DNA of 64,000 nt from a virus. Lineage: Duplodnaviria > Heunggongvirae > Uroviricota > Caudoviricetes. The position numbers and the translations under genes are program-made. The stretch covers positions 39,273 through 103,272 of IMG/VR virus record IMGVR_UViG_3300032272_000001; one strand, written 5' to 3'. The notes beneath the pieces are model-generated. The model ran no database searches and was not told where the DNA came from. It saw only the letters and a program-made list of their open reading frames with translations. Of this stretch, positions 48,663-56,759 are shown piece after piece; position 1 is the first letter of the stretch; each line of letters opens with the position of its first letter.

Positions 48663-49756
48663 TGGTTTCTTTTAGTAGAGAAGATTTGATTAAAGAAATG
48701 TATCGTCAGAAGATTTTTAAAAAATCTCTTCCAACACCACCAAAAATAATAGATCAAATAATAACACACATGCAAATAAAACCAAAAGAAAGAATATTGG
48801 TTTTACATAGTCCAGATATTGTTGTTGCTTTATTATCTGCTGATATTCCTTCTCGTTTTATTACATTATATGGTAATAATGATCAATGGATGCCATCAAT
48901 AACCGCAAATCTTGGTGTTCATTATATTCACAATCTAGAAAAAATTGCTTGTCTACAATACGATGTTGTGATAGGAAATACACCATACACTATAGATAAT
49001 TGGAAAGGTAAAATAGATCGAAGTGTTTTGGAATGGGCAGAAGAATTGGTTTCTCTAAAACCATATCTTAAAGAAAATTCTAGATGGGGATTGATTGGAC
49101 CATCAAAAGCTCAATTACCTAATGGAGAAATGTATAAACAAAATATATTTGAGCATTATGGTTGGAATTCTGTATATACAGATATTGCTGATTTTAATCA
49201 TATGATTTGTGACATAGAACCAGCTTTATATTTTGGTGTTTGTGGTCCAGTTGATGATATTGTTGTTTATCATCACGGAGAAAATCATATTTTTAAATAT
49301 GGTTACATCCCAACAAACGGAATGTTAGACAATACAATCATTACAAATAAATTTTTTTCTATGAATAAAACATTAAAATGTGAAAAAACACCTTGTTCTA
49401 ATTGGATCGATCCTATATTCTGTAAAAGACTAGTTTCAAGATATTCTATAAATGATAAAAAACGAAAATGTGTTGATTTTGAATTAGGTAAAGTTTATGA
49501 TAAAAACGGAAAATATAATGATGGTTTATTTTTAGATTCTATGGTATATGATATCGATGAACTGAAAAGGAAGCATAAAATGTGGAGAATATCTAGATTT
49601 TGTTGGGATCATGTGTTGTATTATTCTCAATATATTCCACCACATGTAAAATCAAAAATTCCTGACTTGACATCTTTTGATACTGATGCTAAGTTGATCG
49701 AACATCTAAAATTGTCTGATAATCAAATACAGACAATAAAAGAATGGAATGTGTAG
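48662..49756 (+). CDS. Divergent DNA methyltransferase-like protein
   Basis: YDVVIGNTPY resembles motif IV NPPY; no clear glycine-rich motif I. Confidence 0.5.
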   Translation: MVSFSREDLIKEMYRQKIFKKSLPTPPKIIDQIITHMQIKPKERILVLHSPDIVVALLSADIPSRFITLYGNNDQWMPSITANLGVHYIHNLEKIACLQYDVVIGNTPYTIDNWKGKIDRSVLEWAEELVSLKPYLKENSRWGLIGPSKAQLPNGEMYKQNIFEHYGWNSVYTDIADFNHMICDIEPALYFGVCGPVDDIVVYHHGENHIFKYGYIPTNGMLDNTIITNKFFSMNKTLKCEKTPCSNWIDPIFCKRLVSRYSINDKKRKCVDFELGKVYDKNGKYNDGLFLDSMVYDIDELKRKHKMWRISRFCWDHVLYYSQYIPPHVKSKIPDLTSFDTDAKLIEHLKLSDNQIQTIKEWNV

Positions 49757-49788
49757 AGTTTAAATCATGAAACAATTCGTTTAGGAAC

Positions 49789-50166
49789 GTGAAAATGAAA
49801 AATTTCGGAGATATGAATAAAGTTGAGGTAATTGATTGTGCTATTAAGCATATAACTACTATTTCAACAGATCCAAAATATAGTTTCAATTGGATTAATA
49901 TACACAATAATCATTATATTGAAGATAGAGGAACCGTTAGTATGTGTGGAGCGGGTGCTGTAATGGCATTAGAACTCAATCATCCATATGATAAATTTGG
50001 TTTGTTCAGTGACTATGACGAACAGATCGCTGATCGGCTAAATTTTATCAGTAGTGAAAGCCAAGCACCGTATGGTGTTCCGCCGCAAACTTGGGAAGAA
50101 TCTATCGATAATCTCAATATTGTGCGGAGCGAATTGATAAAAACACATAACTACGATTTTGATTAA
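49789..50166 (+). CDS. Hypothetical protein
   Basis: ORF track. Confidence 0.5.
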   Translation: MKMKNFGDMNKVEVIDCAIKHITTISTDPKYSFNWINIHNNHYIEDRGTVSMCGAGAVMALELNHPYDKFGLFSDYDEQIADRLNFISSESQAPYGVPPQTWEESIDNLNIVRSELIKTHNYDFD

Positions 50167-50173
50167 TATACAT

Positions 50174-50351
50174 GTCCTGATGGTCTCAATGGTAAGACGG
50201 TACGGCCTGGTGTGTTCGTGAGAGCCAGGGCTTGTGGAACTGATATCTGATAGCTAGGGTTATTGGATGGGTGAAGCAAGGTCTAACGTGCAAATGCGAA
50301 AAATGCTCGCTATCCCTATAGAGCAAGGTTCGATTCCCGCGAAGGACTCCA
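50174..50351 (+). ncRNA. tRNA-like RNA with ~120 nt structured insert in place of the anticodon arm
   Basis: GTCCT/AGGAC acceptor, D arm GTCT-CAATGGTA-AGAC, GGTTCGATTCC, 3' TCCA. Confidence 0.5.
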
Positions 50352-50428
50352 AATACGAGTTTATCCGCATAACGCTAGAAATAGCATTATTAAAAATTTA
50401 ATCTAATTTAATATTATGGAGAAATGTG

Positions 50429-50881
50429 ATGGACAGTAAACTTAAAGAAAAATGGTTGGATGCTCTTGATAAGAATAAACGCGCCAGGCACGTGATGAAG
50501 CGAACTGATGAAAATGGTGATTGTAGTTATTGCTGTTTAGGTGTTTTAAGAAACGTATTAATCGAAGAGAATATGATTGATGCACAAAATACTAGATCGT
50601 ATTATGATATGCCAGAAGAATCAGAATATTTATCCGAAAATATCATTGATGTATGGCAGAGAAATATATATCTAACAGATAGAGAAGTGAAATTAATCGA
50701 TTTCGATACTCCTTCTGGAGTCTTCAAGATTGATAAAGAAGATTATAAAACATATCTTAATTCTAAAGGTAATGAGCACGGAGCTGGCGAAAACAAAACA
50801 AATCTTGCTTGGATTAATGATTGTATCCAAGAAGGTGATGGATTTGAAACCGTGAAATACTTTATTGAAAAGTATTTCTAA
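50429..50881 (+). CDS. Hypothetical protein
   Basis: ORF track; KEKWLDAL..YCCLGVL. Confidence 0.6.
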   Translation: MDSKLKEKWLDALDKNKRARHVMKRTDENGDCSYCCLGVLRNVLIEENMIDAQNTRSYYDMPEESEYLSENIIDVWQRNIYLTDREVKLIDFDTPSGVFKIDKEDYKTYLNSKGNEHGAGENKTNLAWINDCIQEGDGFETVKYFIEKYF

Positions 50882-50884
50882 ACA

Positions 50885-51211
50885 ATGATTAATTTTAAAC
50901 CTAGAAAACTAACACTAACAAGGAGAATGGGAATGACACGCGTTAAGAAACCTGGATATATGGGACGTGCGGTAACTGCATGGAGTGTGCTTAATCTAGC
51001 ATTGCTTGTAGTTCTCTATGTAATGACATATATTCTAAAAGATTATATGGATCACTGGATTGTAATGGCTGTAATTCTTATTGCAACAGTAACAACTGAA
51101 TGGGCTATTACAGTTCTTACAGTTCTTCCGATCGTGAAAGAGTGGATTGACCAAGAAGAATATGTTAATGACGGTGAAAAGCCATCTTGGGAGAAACCAA
51201 TTGATAAGTGA
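50885..51211 (+). CDS. Two-TM membrane protein
   Basis: Two hydrophobic segments. Confidence 0.6.
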   Translation: MINFKPRKLTLTRRMGMTRVKKPGYMGRAVTAWSVLNLALLVVLYVMTYILKDYMDHWIVMAVILIATVTTEWAITVLTVLPIVKEWIDQEEYVNDGEKPSWEKPIDK

Positions 51212-51254
51212 TCATCTATTTGGTTGCTAATGAAATGTTTAGGAGGAATATTAG

Positions 51255-51467
51255 ATGCGAAATAATTATGATATTTTTGATATAATGTTTATTGTTTTTA
51301 TACTTTCAGTTGTGCTTATGATTATCTATATTAATTTCTTCGAACCGCCTGGACCAACAGTACAGGAAATCACAGCACAACAGCATTCGCAATGTCAAAA
51401 ACTGGGTGGCGAAACTGTTCTTGACTATAGATTCGAATTTGATAAATGTATAATTAAAAGAAAGTAA
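51255..51467 (+). CDS. Small membrane-anchored protein with Cys pair
   Basis: TM then CQKLGG...C. Confidence 0.6.
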   Translation: MRNNYDIFDIMFIVFILSVVLMIIYINFFEPPGPTVQEITAQQHSQCQKLGGETVLDYRFEFDKCIIKRK

Positions 51468-51471
51468 TATT

Positions 51472-51750
51472 ATGGAAAAAGAATTTAAAGAAATTACACA
51501 AGAAGACAAACAAGAAATTCTTGATGGTTGGAATGATGCGTGGGTTTCTGTTACTGAGAAAGAAATGTATAGCCAAGGTCGTTGGGATTTATATTTTTCT
51601 AAAATATACAAACACAAGCCATCAGAAACATTCTGGGAATTTTCTTGGAAAGAAGCTGCAACAGAATGTCAAGAATGTAGCAATTTTATCAATATGGTAC
51701 GAGTTTATCCGCATAAAGTATTCAGAATCGAATATAAATTAACGCCATAG
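51472..51750 (+). CDS. Hypothetical protein
   Basis: ORF track. Confidence 0.55.
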   Translation: MEKEFKEITQEDKQEILDGWNDAWVSVTEKEMYSQGRWDLYFSKIYKHKPSETFWEFSWKEAATECQECSNFINMVRVYPHKVFRIEYKLTP

Positions 51751-51780
51751 ATACAATTATTAAAAATTTAATCTAATTAT

Positions 51781-51815
51781 GCGCTGGTATTCCAATCGGC
51801 AGAGAAATGGGTTAA
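51781..51815 (+). pseudogene. 5' half of interrupted tRNA-Leu(UAA)
   Basis: GCGCTGG acceptor strand, D arm, ends GGGTTAA; complementary to the 3' half at 52327. Confidence 0.8.
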
Positions 51816-51823
51816 TATAAATT

Positions 51824-51909
51824 GAGGGTGTGGTGGAACTGGTTTACACAAGGAGCTTAAAACTCCTCGCCCATATGGCTTGCAGGTTCGAATCCTGCCA
51901 CCCTCACCA
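51824..51909 (+). tRNA. tRNA-Leu(UAA), intact, long variable arm, encoded CCA
   Basis: GAGGGTG/CACCCTC acceptor; AGGAG-CTTAAAA-CTCCT anticodon arm; GCAGG-TTCGAAT-CCTGC. Confidence 0.95.
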
Positions 51910-51932
51910 ATTTATTAAAGAGAAAGATTATT

Positions 51933-52331
51933 ATGAAAATTTATGGTCCTTACAAACGTAAGGATGGAAGAAAACATATTATCAAGATATATCCTAATGG
52001 AAAGCGAAGAACTCAATCATATCCTCGTTATTTAATGGAACAGCATCTTGGAAGAGAATTACTAGAATCAGAAGAAGTAGATCATATCGACAATGACCAT
52101 ACAAATAATGATATCTCTAACTTACAACTCCTTACCAAAAAAGAAAATCTCCAGAAAGCGGCAGAACTTAGACTACCTGAGATAGACACTTTCTTTTGCC
52201 CAACCTGTGACCAACAGTTCGAAAAAGCAGTATGTATAGTCAGAGGAAATCAAGCAAAACAAAATAAAGCTGGTCCTTTTTGCTCTAGATCTTGCGCAGG
52301 TCAGTATAGTACATCGGTACAGTATGCTTAA
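51933..52331 (+). CDS. HNH homing endonuclease
   Basis: EEVDHIDNDHTNNDISNLQLL; C-terminal CPTC...FCSRSC. Confidence 0.9.
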   Translation: MKIYGPYKRKDGRKHIIKIYPNGKRRTQSYPRYLMEQHLGRELLESEEVDHIDNDHTNNDISNLQLLTKKENLQKAAELRLPEIDTFFCPTCDQQFEKAVCIVRGNQAKQNKAGPFCSRSCAGQYSTSVQYA

Positions 52332-52371
52332 AATCCCTCCAGTATGGGTTCGAATCCCATCCAGCGTACCA
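52327..52371 (+). pseudogene. 3' half of interrupted tRNA-Leu(UAA)
   Basis: CTTAAAATCCCT, ATGGG-TTCGAAT-CCCAT, CCAGCGT-ACCA. Confidence 0.85.
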
Positions 52372-52425
52372 AGGATATATAAAAAAACTGGTAGGTGGTA
52401 TTGTTATTGAGTTCGATTTTTCTGA

Positions 52426-53781
52426 TTAAGATTCGTTTGTACTAACACGACCATCAAATTTTTTCTTAATTCTACCTTTAAACTGTTCTTTTAATGTTCC
52501 GTGATTTTTGGGCCATCTTGCACCAAGAAAACGATTTTTGGATATCTTTGTTACATTAACTGTATCTGATTGATTACCTCCAAGAATATGATAATAATCA
52601 TCATCTTCTGAAACATAGAAACCAACATGGCCAGCCCAACCAGATTTTTTTCCTCTCCAGAAAACCATTGTTGCCCCATATTGAGGATTGGTCGGAACAC
52701 CAGCTTTCAACCAATTTCTTGCGCCAAGTGGATTTTTTATTTCTGATTTTATATCATTTGCGCTCCAACAATAATCAACAAATAAGCCACACCAATGAAT
52801 ACTATCTTTGGTATAATAACTTTTAACAAAACCACCAATAGATTTCGCCCATTTAATTATTTTGGGGTTGTTTCCAGATCCACGTACTTCATCTGTTCCC
52901 ATAAGGGCTTTTGCTGTATGCATCCAAGGCACATCACGAACAACATCAGATTCAACATCAGGCAATTCTTCATCAGAAATAACAGATTTATTTTCTTCGA
53001 TTCTATTTTTTGTGTTTGTGTATATTGCTTTATAAAGTATTTTTGCTCCACAAACAATAAAATTAAAAACAGCTAATAGACACGTCATCCAATTATGATA
53101 ATTTCGTGTTTTTGGTATGTAGTCAATTTCTTCTGAAGGTTCTAATTCTTCTTGAATTTCTTCTTCATAATCTGTACCAATTATTTTGATGCAATCTTCT
53201 AATTCTGGTTTATATCGTTTGTTTATGATGTTGCTTTTGATTCTATCGCTCAATGTTCTGAGATTTTTTACATAGCAACTACGCTCATTATACAAATTGA
53301 ATAGTTGTTTTTCTATATCATTCGGAACACCAGAATATGCCGCAGCAGAAACAATTTTATTTGCACCACCATGTTGTACAGAAATAGAAAATAGAGCTTC
53401 TTGTATCGCTCGATCATTAATATAAAATCCTAATTTTTCAGCATGATTTTTTACTGGCAAATAATGTGTGGTTGCATAAAATACTTTTTGTGCGTATTCA
53501 AATCCTTCTGGATCTGATTTTGCTATCTGTTTGTAGATTTTATTGAAATTTTTTGTTCCTGGCTTGAAATTATTAAATTTCTTAGCATAAGGTTCCCCCC
53601 ATTTGCTTTCAAGAAATTTCCCCATAGAATATGCTGAACTGAGTTGATGGACTCCATATGATTGTCCACCAGGATCGCCCCAATCGTCACCATTAGATAT
53701 AAATTCTACACCTCTACCACCAGATTCATATTTTGCTGATATGAAACCAAAATCTTTATGAAATTTCATCGCATTCTCCAT
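52426..53781 (-). CDS. Two-domain peptidoglycan hydrolase: lysozyme-like N-domain plus NlpC/P60-CHAP (TIGR02594-like) C-domain
   Basis: SAKYESG..GDDWGDPGGQSYGVHQ; PWM..A..L.G..E, HWCGLFV, GHVGFY, ILGGNQSDTV. Confidence 0.85.
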   Translation of the reverse strand: MENAMKFHKDFGFISAKYESGGRGVEFISNGDDWGDPGGQSYGVHQLSSAYSMGKFLESKWGEPYAKKFNNFKPGTKNFNKIYKQIAKSDPEGFEYAQKVFYATTHYLPVKNHAEKLGFYINDRAIQEALFSISVQHGGANKIVSAAAYSGVPNDIEKQLFNLYNERSCYVKNLRTLSDRIKSNIINKRYKPELEDCIKIIGTDYEEEIQEELEPSEEIDYIPKTRNYHNWMTCLLAVFNFIVCGAKILYKAIYTNTKNRIEENKSVISDEELPDVESDVVRDVPWMHTAKALMGTDEVRGSGNNPKIIKWAKSIGGFVKSYYTKDSIHWCGLFVDYCWSANDIKSEIKNPLGARNWLKAGVPTNPQYGATMVFWRGKKSGWAGHVGFYVSEDDDYYHILGGNQSDTVNVTKISKNRFLGARWPKNHGTLKEQFKGRIKKKFDGRVSTNES

Positions 53782-53861
53782 TAATATTCTTGCCTATACA
53801 CCTCATATATTTATCTTGACAGAGATATTAAGCAATGATAATATATGAATGAATTCAAAAA

Positions 53862-54119
53862 ATGAGGAATATTATGTATACAGCACCACAAAAAGATTGC
53901 ACAGAAGCTTTATCTAGATGTGTGGGTAGACGAAAAAAGAAATTAAATTGTTCATGGAATGATGCATTCACATCACTTATTCGTGAACAAAAATACGAAA
54001 CAGTCGATGATGAAATTAAAACTTACCTATCCTGCAATTTTGGTATTGACGAACAATCTGCAAATGATATACTTAAAAAATACCAACCAACATCATCTGT
54101 TGAGGATAACCACGGCTAG
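53862..54119 (+). CDS. Hypothetical protein behind TTGACA promoter
   Basis: ORF track; TTGACA at 53816. Confidence 0.45.
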   Translation: MRNIMYTAPQKDCTEALSRCVGRRKKKLNCSWNDAFTSLIREQKYETVDDEIKTYLSCNFGIDEQSANDILKKYQPTSSVEDNHG

Positions 54120-54264
54120 GGTTGAGACAGATATGATTTAGCCGATCATTGCTTCTAATGGCATCAAATATTCTCATGGGTGCTTGTCACACGTATCGCG
54201 GCGTGACTGACGGATTGAAAGGGATGTTGGTTGGTATTACTTAATTACAGAAAGGAGTGATGTA

Positions 54265-54450
54265 ATGGCAAGAATGTCAAATCGATATAAGCAACGACGC
54301 AAAGAAGATGCTATACGGAAAAAAATTAAAGCTTTGGAAAAAGAATTGAAATTGGTTTCTCGCGTAGCATTTGATCAACCATATACAAATACTATTATGT
54401 ATAAAGAAACACTTGATAGATATAGAAAAGAAATTTATTATGATGGTTGA
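54265..54450 (+). CDS. Hypothetical protein
   Basis: SD AAAGGAG. Confidence 0.55.
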   Translation: MARMSNRYKQRRKEDAIRKKIKALEKELKLVSRVAFDQPYTNTIMYKETLDRYRKEIYYDG

Positions 54451-54481
54451 TTTTTAGTAGACAATATAAGGAAATTAAAAT

Positions 54482-54715
54482 ATGATTGAAGAATCGAAAT
54501 CTCCGACATCACCAGTCGGACGCAAATCTTCTGGGTATATAACACCTTCTAGTAATACTGTGTTGTATGATACAAAAAAAGAGGTGATCAAGAGTCAATT
54601 AAATATTGATATTTTACTTGACGAAATCGATCGTTTGCGTGTAGAAAACAAATTAATGCATGAGTTTTTGTTTAGTATGGATTTGATATCCTCATATACG
54701 AAAAGCAAAGAATAA
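54482..54715 (+). CDS. Hypothetical protein
   Basis: ORF track with SD. Confidence 0.5.
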   Translation: MIEESKSPTSPVGRKSSGYITPSSNTVLYDTKKEVIKSQLNIDILLDEIDRLRVENKLMHEFLFSMDLISSYTKSKE

Positions 54716-54759
54716 ACCACGAAACTGCGAAACTAGTAATTAATAAAAAGGATAATATA

Positions 54760-56703
54760 ATGAACTTCGATAAAATGCTTAGTGTTAAAGACAATAAAGA
54801 TTCTAACCTTCTTGGATGGTCAGAATATTTTGATCTGTGCAAAAAAGATCCGATGACTTATGCGTCGGCATCAGAACGAATGGTTGATGCTATTGGAGAA
54901 CCAGTGTTGGTTGATACTGCAAAAGATCCTCGACTATCGAGAATTTTTACTAATCGCACTATCCGACAATATCCTGCATTCGAGGATTTTTATGGTATGG
55001 AAAACACCATCGAAAATGTTGTTGGTTTTTATCGACATGCTGCGCAAGGCTTGGAAGAGCGAAAGCAAGTTCTTTATCTGCTTGGTCCTGTTGGTGGCGG
55101 CAAATCTTCATTGGCGGAACGTCTCAAAGAATTGATGGAAGTTCATCCAATTTATGTTCTTGTAACAGAAGATGGTCGTGTTTCACCAATTTTTGAAAGT
55201 CCTCTTGGTCTTGTTCAAGATCCAGCTATGCGCAAAAAAATCTCAGAAGAATATAATATTCCTATGCGATATTTTGGTCAAATCCCTTCACCTTGGGCAG
55301 TTAAACGCCTAGAAGAATTTGAAGAATCTGGTGGTGGTACAGCAAACTTTAAAATTATGCGTATGAAACCATCAAAGTTGCAACAGGTGGGTGTGTCTAA
55401 AACCGAACCAGGCGATGAAAATAATCAAGATATTTCATCTTTGGTTGGCAAAGTTGATATTCGTATGCTTGAAGCGTTTAGTCAAAGCGATACAGATGCT
55501 TATTCGTATTCTGGTGGCCTCAACAGAACCACACAGGGAATGTTGGAATTTGTCGAAATGTTCAAAGCACCGATTAAGATGCTGCATCCATTGCTGACAG
55601 CAACACAAGAAGGCAATTATGTTGGTACAGAATCTGGTGCTGCTATGCCTTATGATGGTACTATTCTTGCGCACTCTAATGAAAGTGAATGGAAACAATT
55701 TCGTTCAAACAAAAACAATGAAGCCTTTCTTGACAGAATTTGTGTTGTGAAAGTTCCTTATTGTCTTCGTGTTTCTGATGAAATCAAAGTATATGAAAAA
55801 ATGATTAGTTCTTCTAGTCTTGAAGGATCGCCGTGTGCGCCAATGACTCTAGAAATGCTAGCCCGTTTTTCTGTTCTTTCGCGTCTTATTGAACACGAAA
55901 ATTCAACCATGTATTCTAAAATGCAAGTATATGATGGTGAAGATCTTAGGGAAAGCGATCCGCGTGCAAAATCAATGCAGGAATATCGTGATATTGCTGG
56001 TGTTGATGAAGGCATGAGCGGGCAATCTACTAGATTTGCATATAAGGTTTTGTCAAAAACCTTTAACTTCGATCCAGATGAAGTTGCGGCAGATCCTGTT
56101 CATTTGATGAGTGTTTTGGAAGAATCTGTTCGGAAAGAACAGTTTCAAGAAGAAACGGAAGTTAAATTGGTGTCTTTCATTAAACGAGAACTTGCGGAAA
56201 AATATTCTGAATTCTTGGGCAATGAAATCCAAAAAGCTTATCTTGAAAGTTATGCTGAGTTTGGACAAAACCTATTCATGCGTTATCTAGATTATGCTGA
56301 TGCATGGGTACAAAACAATGACTATAAAGATCCAGATACTGGTCTATTGCTTAATAGAGATGCTATTAATGCAGAACTTGAAAAGATCGAAAAAGCTGGT
56401 AATATTGGTAATCCAAAGGATTTCCGAAACGATGTTGTTGGTTTCTGTATTCGAGCCAAAGCCAAAACTGGTAAAGATGTTCAATGGACAGAATATGCCA
56501 CAATGCGTGATGTGATCGAAAAACGTATGTTTGGTCAACTAGAAGATCTTTTGCCGGTTATTTCATTCGGCGCGAAGAAAGATAGCGAAACTGACAAGAA
56601 ACATAGTGATTATGTCCAACGGATGGTTGATCGTGGTTATACGCCAAAACAAGTTCGTCGATTGAGCGAATGGTTTATGAGGGTCAGAAAATCTAGCAGC
56701 TAA
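54760..56703 (+). CDS. prkA: PrkA/YeaG-family AAA+ protein (annotated Ser kinase)
   Basis: HAAQGLEERKQVLYLLGPVGGGKSSL, KTEPGDENNQDIS.LVGKVDIR, EFVEMFKAPIK.LHPLL. Confidence 0.95.
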   Translation: MNFDKMLSVKDNKDSNLLGWSEYFDLCKKDPMTYASASERMVDAIGEPVLVDTAKDPRLSRIFTNRTIRQYPAFEDFYGMENTIENVVGFYRHAAQGLEERKQVLYLLGPVGGGKSSLAERLKELMEVHPIYVLVTEDGRVSPIFESPLGLVQDPAMRKKISEEYNIPMRYFGQIPSPWAVKRLEEFEESGGGTANFKIMRMKPSKLQQVGVSKTEPGDENNQDISSLVGKVDIRMLEAFSQSDTDAYSYSGGLNRTTQGMLEFVEMFKAPIKMLHPLLTATQEGNYVGTESGAAMPYDGTILAHSNESEWKQFRSNKNNEAFLDRICVVKVPYCLRVSDEIKVYEKMISSSSLEGSPCAPMTLEMLARFSVLSRLIEHENSTMYSKMQVYDGEDLRESDPRAKSMQEYRDIAGVDEGMSGQSTRFAYKVLSKTFNFDPDEVAADPVHLMSVLEESVRKEQFQEETEVKLVSFIKRELAEKYSEFLGNEIQKAYLESYAEFGQNLFMRYLDYADAWVQNNDYKDPDTGLLLNRDAINAELEKIEKAGNIGNPKDFRNDVVGFCIRAKAKTGKDVQWTEYATMRDVIEKRMFGQLEDLLPVISFGAKKDSETDKKHSDYVQRMVDRGYTPKQVRRLSEWFMRVRKSSS

Positions 56704-56759
56704 TACATAATGGGGGCTACGGCCCCCATTTCATCATAAAGTATATTGGAGAATATGAT

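Noticed and set aside
50174-50351. Second one-piece tmRNA
   Set aside because: No G3.U70 alanine acceptor, a paired D stem is present, and there is no stop-terminated tag frame.
51816-52326. Group I intron in tRNA-Leu(UAA)
   Set aside because: The insert is occupied by a complete tRNA and an ORF; I could not find P/Q/R/S core elements or a terminal G at the junction.
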